In this document: positions 8,164 to 14,744 of the stretch, piece after piece
Position numbering within the stretch: the stretch's first letter is position 1
Layout of the letters: each line of letters starts with the position of its first letter
Source of the DNA: Bdellovibrionales bacterium
GTDB taxonomy: Bacteria > Bdellovibrionota > Bdellovibrionia > Bdellovibrionales > JAMPXM01
Assembly (NCBI GenBank): GCA_043739185.1
Contig: JAYUEN010000120.1
Span: forward strand, 1-18,834
Length of the DNA: 18,834 nucleotides
Reading direction: 5' to 3'
Notes under the pieces: generated by a model
What the model was told of the DNA's origin: nothing
Databases searched by the model: none
The model's input: only the letters and a program-made list of their open reading frames with translations
Program-made: the position numbers and the translations under genes

Positions 8164-9369
8164 GTGAATTCAAATTATACTAATGCCCAAAAACATCTTT
8201 TTAAAAACCTCCTCGCAGGCGTCATGGGTTTTGCGATTGTATTGCCCGGCGCAAGCAGTTTTGCGAGCCTTGAATGTGAGAACTTCATTAAAGGTATAAT
8301 ACGAACAGTAGTAATCTCAAATGATCAGATTCGCATGAATTCAAATCCTACCACAGATCTTCAGCTGCGCGCACTTGAGCTCGCAAGCCAGGGCCGTATT
8401 CAAACAAAGGAAAATGAGTATTTGCTTGTATTGAAAGGCCCCTCTGGCGCACTTGAACTCAATCGAGTTGATACAGCAAAGCGTAGTGTTGAGGTACTTT
8501 TTGATAATATGAATCTCCCAATTGCGCAAAGATACTCGGATCGAACTGTGGAATTAAGTTTGAGTCCGGATCATCGGTTTTTATTAGCTGTTGATTTATA
8601 TGAAATTCATGTTTTTGATCTCAAAACCAAACAAAAACTTGAAACCGTCTCTTCTCATAAAATACGTGGTTTGCCACCTAGCTGGTCCGACCATTATGCC
8701 AATATCAAACAAATTCATTTCATTAGTGATGTTAGCTTTGTTTTTGCAATTCCAGGTATTTTAATAAAAGTAAACTTAATGAATCCTACAAAGCCTATGG
8801 TTTTGCAGCTCTATTATCCAGTAGTGAATTCAATGTTGGCCACGGCAATGTCAGATACGAAAACGATCACTGTACTATCCAAAGAAAATAGCAGCGACGC
8901 CTTAAATGTTACATATGTAGATGCGGACGACTTAAAAGTAATAAAGACCAATCCGATTGATAATACTCTCGTGAGTAGCGATTTTGGCAAAATTACTTCG
9001 GTAGTGAATGATGAATCCGGTAAAGTATTTTTTATTGCCATTAAAAGAACCGCCACTGAAACTGGTCACTTTGACACGATTCATGTATTGAATGCGCAAT
9101 TCATCAGGGTGGCTAGCTATCAATTACCACCGGATGTAATGCTAAATTTTCAAATTTGGTATGATCAGGCCATCGCGCATATTCAAGATCATAAAATTAA
9201 TTTTTATCTCACTCAGCTGCCGACCGCTCAACAACAAGCTAGTGAAAACGCCAAGGCCAGTGCGTTATTGAAAGCTTCGCAAATGACGGGCGTTCCTGTT
9301 GTTCTTGGTGGTGACTCTTCAAATAGCGTCACCAACCAAAGAGTATTGACGCTTAATTTTAACCCATAA
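8164..9369 (+). CDS. Secreted hypothetical protein, probably beta-propeller (WD40/YncE-like)
   Basis: 401-aa ORF with GGAG RBS and GTG start. Signal peptide ends ...GASSFA|S. It has a blade-like segment LSLSPDHRFLLAVDLYEIHVFDLKTKQKL and further short beta-strand patterns. Confidence 0.7.
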   Translation: MNSNYTNAQKHLFKNLLAGVMGFAIVLPGASSFASLECENFIKGIIRTVVISNDQIRMNSNPTTDLQLRALELASQGRIQTKENEYLLVLKGPSGALELNRVDTAKRSVEVLFDNMNLPIAQRYSDRTVELSLSPDHRFLLAVDLYEIHVFDLKTKQKLETVSSHKIRGLPPSWSDHYANIKQIHFISDVSFVFAIPGILIKVNLMNPTKPMVLQLYYPVVNSMLATAMSDTKTITVLSKENSSDALNVTYVDADDLKVIKTNPIDNTLVSSDFGKITSVVNDESGKVFFIAIKRTATETGHFDTIHVLNAQFIRVASYQLPPDVMLNFQIWYDQAIAHIQDHKINFYLTQLPTAQQQASENAKASALLKASQMTGVPVVLGGDSSNSVTNQRVLTLNFNP

Positions 9370-9428
9370 GCGATGGTGACTTAGTTATTTTAATGGCCTT
9401 GAAATTAAAAAAATGTCCGGAGGACAAA

Positions 9429-9782
9429 ATGAAAAGAACTATATTAATCGTCGCACTTTTAGCTTTAGCTCCAAATTTTTCGCAAGCAGCAGCACCCTCA
9501 TGTGATTATGGCGGTCTACAAGTCATTTTGAGAAATTCTGCTGATCAACTGCATCCACAAAGCAATCCTGTAAAATATATTGATTTTGCAAATGATGCGC
9601 AATTTGTAACGGCCTTGAATAAAATGGCAAATGTCGGTGTTCAATATGGCCAAGTTCAAACCGCTTGGGCGCTATCAATTCGACAAGCTTGCGGCGAACG
9701 CGCCCGTAATATTACGCCGGCTTCTGTTGGCCCAACTCAAACTCTCAGTGGGCTGATGAAACTTTTAGGATTAACAAATTGA
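9429..9782 (+). CDS. Small secreted hypothetical protein (two Cys)
   Basis: GGAGGA RBS precedes ATG 9429, preferred over 9393. Classical signal peptide MKRTILIVALLALAPNFSQA. A terminator-like hairpin follows. Confidence 0.8.
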   Translation: MKRTILIVALLALAPNFSQAAAPSCDYGGLQVILRNSADQLHPQSNPVKYIDFANDAQFVTALNKMANVGVQYGQVQTAWALSIRQACGERARNITPASVGPTQTLSGLMKLLGLTN

Positions 9783-9814
9783 AACTGGGCCCTTAGACTG
9801 CAAAAGCCCAGTTT
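9782..9814. terminator. Probable bidirectional intrinsic terminator between convergent genes
   Basis: Inverted repeat AAACTGGGC-N15-GCCCAGTTT fills the gap between the stops at 9782 and 9815, with T-runs on both strands. Confidence 0.7.
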
Positions 9815-10270
9815 TTAAAATTGACGTTTGTAAATTAAGTACATTGTATAAGTTGGAGTCTTTCCCGGACAGCTCATTGCCTCTTGTATGGAGTGACAGG
9901 GATTATCTTTTTTAATATCAAAGTTGTAGTTTTTAGTCGCTTCCAAGAGTGCACTCTTTTTATCCATTTTCGAAAAAGCATTTGGTTTTGGCGGATTGTC
10001 CTTTCGCAATTGTTCATTTGCCATTTCGGAAGCACTCAGATGAATTCGTGCCCCTTGTTCAGTCCAGGGACCATCTATAGTATCTGCTGGATAGGAGTCG
10101 ACGACTTTATAAGTTCCGGCATCAGTTAGGGCCAGACGATTTATGATAATTTGATTTTCAGATACTTGATCAACTGAAAAGCTATGTTGTGAAGCGATCT
10201 GAGCTTTTGCAAGCACTGGAGTCAGCAGAAATAAGGACCATATGAACGTAGAATTTACAATTGCTCTCAT
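9815..10270 (-). CDS. Secreted hypothetical protein
   Basis: AGGGGG RBS precedes ATG 10270, preferred over 10324, which overlaps a promoter motif. Signal peptide MRAIVNSTFIWSLFLLTPVLAKA. C-terminal Cys pair. Confidence 0.75.
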   Translation of the reverse strand: MRAIVNSTFIWSLFLLTPVLAKAQIASQHSFSVDQVSENQIIINRLALTDAGTYKVVDSYPADTIDGPWTEQGARIHLSASEMANEQLRKDNPPKPNAFSKMDKKSALLEATKNYNFDIKKDNPCHSIQEAMSCPGKTPTYTMYLIYKRQF

Positions 10271-10307
10271 TTGAATGCCCCCTTGAAAGCGTCTTGAAAG
10301 ACAAGGT

Positions 10308-10323
10308 TGCAAGTTTTTGGCCA
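10308..10323 (-). promoter_or_regulatory. Putative sigma54 -24/-12 promoter for the 9815-10270 gene
   Basis: Minus strand TGGCCAAAAACTTGCA has exact GG-N10-GC spacing and is 14/16 identical to the motif at 7976-7991. Confidence 0.62.
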
Positions 10324-10396
10324 TGCAAAAAGACTTGAGAATTAGTAGTAATCACGTGAATTATTGTAATTCGGTGATACTAATTTTATTCTTTTT

Positions 10397-10750
10397 TCAC
10401 TTGTTCAAATTAATACTATAGAGATTTTCAAGAAATTCTTTCATGGTTTTTTCGACAAATGGAAGAGTCTCGGGATCGATAATATTTTCTATCAATATGT
10501 GCCCCTTGGCATTGGGAACTTCGATGAGAAATTTTTTACTAGAACCAAAAACCTGAAACTGATGCTTGATCTCGGCAACACTTACGACTTCATCTTTCTC
10601 AGTATAAAGTACCAAGATTGGAATTTTTATTTTTGAAAGATCTAGGCCAGTAATTAAATTCTCACAATTCATTAATTCTGGAATAACCTTTGTCGATTAG
10701 CGAGTGGTCCAATATTTTTTATGCAATTTATTTTTAGCTTTGAAAACCCA
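10397..10750 (-). pseudogene. C-terminal remnant of an alpha/beta hydrolase with an in-frame stop
   Basis: LSKIKIPILVLYTEKDEVVS...GHIL supplies the acid and His elements of the triad, but there is no GxSxG nucleophile and no room for it before the recA terminator. The frame continues upstream as WVFKAKNKLHKKYWTTR*STKVIPELM, with TAA at 10697-10699. Confidence 0.72.
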
Positions 10751-10775
10751 TGGCTTATTTAGAGCTCATGGGTTT
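10743..10775 (-). terminator. Probable intrinsic terminator of recA
   Basis: Minus strand AAACCCATG(A)GCT-loop-AGCCATGGGTTTT starts about 20 nt after the recA stop. Confidence 0.65.
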
Positions 10776-10794
10776 GGCTGAGGTCAAAGAAAAA

Positions 10795-11982
10795 CTACAA
10801 ATCAGTTTCGGCTGATTTTTTAGCCGGCTTTACTGCTGCGGCTACTTTTGGTGGTCCAGCTTTAGTTGCACCTGCGGCAGGAGTTTTTGCCGTCTCGGTC
10901 ACATCATCTGCTGCGAGAGAAGTCGGAGAGATCACGCCAATTTTATTAAGCTCTAAGATCTTCTTGCGCAGATCTTCTTGAACCTTGGCATTTTCTTTCA
11001 AATAAGCTTTTGCTTGATCGCGGCCTTGGCCCATGCGCTCGCCATTGTAAGAATACCAGGCTCCAGATTTCTCAACGAGTTCGTATTTGACTGCAAGATC
11101 AACGATATCGCCTTCAGCTGAAATTCCTTCGCCATACATCAAGTCAAATTCAACTTTGCCAAAAGGTGCTGCCATTTTATTTTTCACCACTTTGACAGAA
11201 GTGCGGCTACCAATGACATCTTCACCGTTTTTAATGGCGCCAACGCGGCGAACATCTAGGCGAACAGAAGCATAAAACTTAAGAGCGTTACCGCCAGTGG
11301 TCGTCTCGGGATTTCCGAACATCACACCGATTTTCATACGAATCTGATTGATAAAGATCACTAGCGTTTGGCTCCGGCTAATGGCTGCAGTTAATTTTCT
11401 GAGAGCTTGTGACATCAATCGAGCTTGTAGTCCCATATGGCTATCGCCCATATCGCCTTCGATTTCAGCGCGTGGAGTGAGTGCCGCAACAGAATCGACA
11501 ACGAGAATATCGATGGCGCCAGAACGAACAAGGGTTTCAACAATTTCAAGAGCCTGTTCGCCGGTATCTGGTTGTGAAACTAAAAGGTCTTCAGTATTCA
11601 CGCCAAGTTTGCGAGCGTAACCAATATCAAGAGCATGTTCCGCATCTACGAAGGCAACGACGCCGCCGGTTTTTTGAGCTTGAGCAATGGCAGATAATGC
11701 AAGAGTTGTTTTGCCAGAACTTTCTGGGCCATAAATTTCAACGATTCGACCACGGGGAAGGCCGCCAATACCAAGAGCGATATCTAAACTCAAAGAACCT
11801 GTGCTGATAGCCTGCATATCTTTATAAAGATTTTCGGTACTGCCCAAGCGCATGATCGAACCCTTACCAAATTGTTTTTCAATTGCTGAAACCGCAAGAT
11901 CGAGTGCCTTGGTTTTTTCGCTGTCCGTTCCACCAGATGATCTGGTTTCTTTTTCAGGTGTTTTATCTTTTCCGAATCCCAT
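10795..11982 (-). CDS. recA: Recombinase RecA
   Basis: [14 protein letters not shown], Walker [61 protein letters not shown]. Confidence 0.99.
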   Translation of the reverse strand: MGFGKDKTPEKETRSSGGTDSEKTKALDLAVSAIEKQFGKGSIMRLGSTENLYKDMQAISTGSLSLDIALGIGGLPRGRIVEIYGPESSGKTTLALSAIAQAQKTGGVVAFVDAEHALDIGYARKLGVNTEDLLVSQPDTGEQALEIVETLVRSGAIDILVVDSVAALTPRAEIEGDMGDSHMGLQARLMSQALRKLTAAISRSQTLVIFINQIRMKIGVMFGNPETTTGGNALKFYASVRLDVRRVGAIKNGEDVIGSRTSVKVVKNKMAAPFGKVEFDLMYGEGISAEGDIVDLAVKYELVEKSGAWYSYNGERMGQGRDQAKAYLKENAKVQEDLRKKILELNKIGVISPTSLAADDVTETAKTPAAGATKAGPPKVAAAVKPAKKSAETDL

Positions 11983-12006
11983 GTTTTCTCCTTCGTTCTG
12001 AGTAGG

Positions 12007-12498
12007 TTATAGCGTTAAAAATCGAGCTAAAAATTCGACAGCAAAAGTCACTGACGCATTTTGAATATCGGTTCGCTCTCCAGTAAAATACTGGGTTGAG
12101 CTCTCTTCAATTCCGGGGCCACAGACAGCAAAACACACAGTGCCAACTGGCTTCTGAAGTGTGCCGCCGCTCGGACCGGCAATTCCCGTGATGCTGATAG
12201 ACCATGTTGAATGAAACTTTTCACGAACCCCTTGCGCCATATAAATGGCCACTGGAGTACTGACTGCGCCCATAGCTTTTATGAGAGCGCCTGGAACATC
12301 AAGTAAATTTTGCTTGGCCTCATTCGAATAACTCACCACGCCGCCCAAAAAAAACTCTGAAGCTCCCGAAAGCTTTGTGAATTGCGCAGAAACTAAGCCG
12401 CCAGAACAACTCTCTGCAATGCTCAATGTTTGGGCGCGCGTTTTAAGTGCGCAAATGACTTTATTTAACTTATCAGCTCCTGCTGTTTTAGCCGGCAA
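12007..12498 (-). CDS. cinA: CinA C-terminal-domain protein (PncC-type nicotinamide mononucleotide deamidase)
   Basis: Motifs SIAESCSGG, GASEFFLGGVVSYSNEAK, GAVS and SITGIAGPSGG...KPVGTV. The likely start is TTG 12498, 6 nt after GGAG, rather than ATG 12597, which lies deep inside pgpA. Confidence 0.9.
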   Translation of the reverse strand: MPAKTAGADKLNKVICALKTRAQTLSIAESCSGGLVSAQFTKLSGASEFFLGGVVSYSNEAKQNLLDVPGALIKAMGAVSTPVAIYMAQGVREKFHSTWSISITGIAGPSGGTLQKPVGTVCFAVCGPGIEESSTQYFTGERTDIQNASVTFAVEFLARFLTL

Positions 12499-12985
12499 AC
12501 TGAACTCCAAGCCAATTGGTTTTTTCAAAAATAATTTGCAGACAAATATTTGCAAAAATTCCTGCGGCGACATCATCCAAGACGGTGCCGAGCCCACCTT
12601 TTACTTTTTGATCAATATAACGAATTGGCCAGGGCTTCCAAATATCAAAAAGTCTAAAAAACAAAAAGGCAGCGAGAAAACTCTGCCAAGTCATCGGGAG
12701 CAAAGTGAAGGTCACCAAATACCCGACCACTTCATCAATGACAATTTCGCCTGGGTCATGAGCGTTGGTGAAATTTTCGTGAAGCTGAGCAATCCACGAA
12801 GCCAATAAAATAAGCGCAAAAGTTACAAGCATATAGGCCAGAGCGCTTGCTTGCAGCAAAGCAGTCAGTTTAACAAGAATAAAGGCCAGGGGAATTCCCC
12901 AGAGAGTCCCAAATGTGCCGGGCGCAAACTTAGATTTTCCGAAATAAAAGCCAGTAGCTAAAATTTCAACAATTTTTTGATTCAT
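12488..12985 (-). CDS. pgpA: Phosphatidylglycerophosphatase A
   Basis: Motifs APGTFGTL, HDPGEIVIDEVVG, FRLFDIWKPWPI and GGLGTVLDDVAAG. Confidence 0.96.
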   Translation of the reverse strand: MNQKIVEILATGFYFGKSKFAPGTFGTLWGIPLAFILVKLTALLQASALAYMLVTFALILLASWIAQLHENFTNAHDPGEIVIDEVVGYLVTFTLLPMTWQSFLAAFLFFRLFDIWKPWPIRYIDQKVKGGLGTVLDDVAAGIFANICLQIIFEKTNWLGVQFAG

Positions 12986-12991
12986 GGGTTC

Positions 12992-13019
12992 ATACTATAA
13001 AGAAATCGGCCTAAAACAA
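12992..13019 (-). promoter_or_regulatory. Possible sigma70-type promoter of pgpA-cinA-recA, apparently leaderless
   Basis: Minus strand reads TTGTTT-N16-TAGTAT-N6-ATG(pgpA). No Shine-Dalgarno sequence. Confidence 0.3.
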
Positions 13020-13117
13020 GGACTAATCTACGGATTGTCTATTAGACCCCTTGCACATCAGCGCACCATATAGAGAATAGGATTGATTAACTCGATGATT
13101 TGTTTAGAGAATGAACT

Positions 13118-14314
13118 ATGAACTTAACTGAGATTTTGACAATTGCCATTGGTAAGCAGGCGAGTGACGTGCATTTAAAAGCGGGAATCGTTCCGGTTAT
13201 TCGCAAGCATGGCAAATTGCGACCTCTACAACAAGGAATGCATCCGATCACTGCTGCGGAACTCGAACATATGGCTCTCGAGGCGATGGATGAAGGTCAA
13301 CAGAAGGTTTTTATTGAAAACAAAGAACTCGACTTTAGCCACGGTATAAGTGGGGTCGGAAGATTTCGCATCAATGTTTTTAGACAGCGCGGTTCTGTTC
13401 GTATGGTGATTCGAAATATTCCCTTTGAAGTGCCAACGATTGACGGTTTGAACTTACCCGAGATCGTTAAAAAAATTGCTGATTTTGAACGTGGCTTGGT
13501 TTTGGTGACCGGTATCACTGGCTCGGGTAAATCTTCTACACTTGCCGCGATCATTGATCATATCAATAATAATCACAACAATCATATTTTAACGATCGAA
13601 GATCCAATTGAATTTTTGATTCGAGATCGTAAGAGTATTATTTCTCAGCGTGAGTTGGGGATTGATACCAAAACATTTTCCGGAGCTTTGCGCTCAGCAC
13701 TTCGTCAAGATCCTGACGTCATTCTCATCGGCGAGATGCGAGATCAAGAAACCATTGAAATAGCTTTGACCGCAGCTGAGACCGGTCACTTGGTGCTCTC
13801 AACGCTTCACACACTCGACGCCCAAGAAACTATCAATCGAATTCTGGGAGTTTTTGAACCCCATGAGCATCAGCAGATTCGCGAACAATTGGCTTCTGTA
13901 CTCAGTGCAATTATTTCTCAGCGTTTGGCTTCTCGAAAAGATGGTAAGGGTTTTGTTCCGGCGGTCGAGATTTTAATTAACAATCAGAGAACTCGAGATA
14001 TGATTATTGATCCGGTAAAAACCAAAGAATTGAGAATGGCAATTGAACAGAGTCGCGATACCGCAGGCATGCAGAGTTTTGATCAGAGCCTAATGGATCT
14101 ACTTTCTTCTGATGTTATCACCTATGAAGAGGCATTGAGATTGGCAACAAATCCAGAAGATTTTGCATTGCGATTTTCGGGAGTCAGTTCAGGCAAAGAT
14201 CAATGGACGGTCAATAAATTTAGAGAAGCACATCAAGCGCAATGGCAAAACGCTGACAACTCAAGACTTGAAATCGATCCCAACGATATTGAAGAAGAAA
14301 GCAGTGATGAGTAA
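13118..14314 (+). CDS. pilT: PilT/PilU-family type IV pilus ATPase
   Basis: ASDVHL, GRFRINVF, Walker A GITGSGKS, Asp box TIEDPIE, ALRQDPDVILIGEMRD, His box GHLVLSTLH and GMQSFDQSL. Confidence 0.92.
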   Translation: MNLTEILTIAIGKQASDVHLKAGIVPVIRKHGKLRPLQQGMHPITAAELEHMALEAMDEGQQKVFIENKELDFSHGISGVGRFRINVFRQRGSVRMVIRNIPFEVPTIDGLNLPEIVKKIADFERGLVLVTGITGSGKSSTLAAIIDHINNNHNNHILTIEDPIEFLIRDRKSIISQRELGIDTKTFSGALRSALRQDPDVILIGEMRDQETIEIALTAAETGHLVLSTLHTLDAQETINRILGVFEPHEHQQIREQLASVLSAIISQRLASRKDGKGFVPAVEILINNQRTRDMIIDPVKTKELRMAIEQSRDTAGMQSFDQSLMDLLSSDVITYEEALRLATNPEDFALRFSGVSSGKDQWTVNKFREAHQAQWQNADNSRLEIDPNDIEEESSDE

Positions 14315-14744
14315 TTCAAGATCGGCACTTGATAAATTAGTGAGTTATCTCGCCATTCGTGATCATTCAGAACAAGAACTCATGAGGAAGCTGGCAAAAA
14401 ACTATAGCTCGGATGAAATATTTCAGGCCATCATGTTTGCCCGTGAGCATAAACTGATGAAAACGCCTGAAGAGTTGTCTGCGCAAGTATATCACGAGCT
14501 CAGCCGCAAAAATAAGGGCTATCTTTATATTGCAAAATACCTGCGGGCCAAGGGCTTGCCCCACCATCAGATTGACCGCGAGCAAGAACTTGAAAAGGCC
14601 CGAAAGCTTGTGATGAATAAGCTGCATATTGAAGGCGCCCAAGGATCACTGGCGCACGAAGAAAAAATTAAAATTTATCGATTGCTGGCCAATCGTGGCT
14701 TTGATGATCAAACGATAAGGACAATTACCTATGAAGAGTCGTGA
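14307..14744 (+). CDS. recX: RecX regulatory protein
   Basis: YLAIRDHSEQELMRKL, KGYLYIAKYLRAKG and YRLLANRGF match RecX helical repeats. The start ATG 14307 overlaps the pilT end, and the gene overlaps the alaS start. Confidence 0.88.
   Translation: MSNSRSALDKLVSYLAIRDHSEQELMRKLAKNYSSDEIFQAIMFAREHKLMKTPEELSAQVYHELSRKNKGYLYIAKYLRAKGLPHHQIDREQELEKARKLVMNKLHIEGAQGSLAHEEKIKIYRLLANRGFDDQTIRTITYEES

Noticed and set aside
5097..10750. Accessory block as a prophage, integron or transposon
   Set aside because: No integrase, transposase, phage gene, attC-like repeats or flanking direct repeats were seen, and gene orientations are mixed.
1..12498. A unified NAD-metabolism island (kynurenine operon + ART-like gene + PncC)
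   Set aside because: cinA beside recA is a common conserved linkage, ACMSD diverts flux away from quinolinate, and there is no nadC. The co-location is probably coincidental.
12499..12597. N-terminal extension of cinA from ATG 12597
   Set aside because: It would overlap pgpA by 110 nt. A GGAG-preceded TTG at 12498 gives a normal-length PncC domain.
11983..13117. Canonical SOS box upstream of recA or pgpA
   Set aside because: No CTGT-N8-ACAG or GAAC-N4-GTTC was seen in the intergenic segments.
14163..14306. N-terminal extension of recX from 14163
   Set aside because: It lies inside pilT. RecX-like sequence begins only after ATG 14307.
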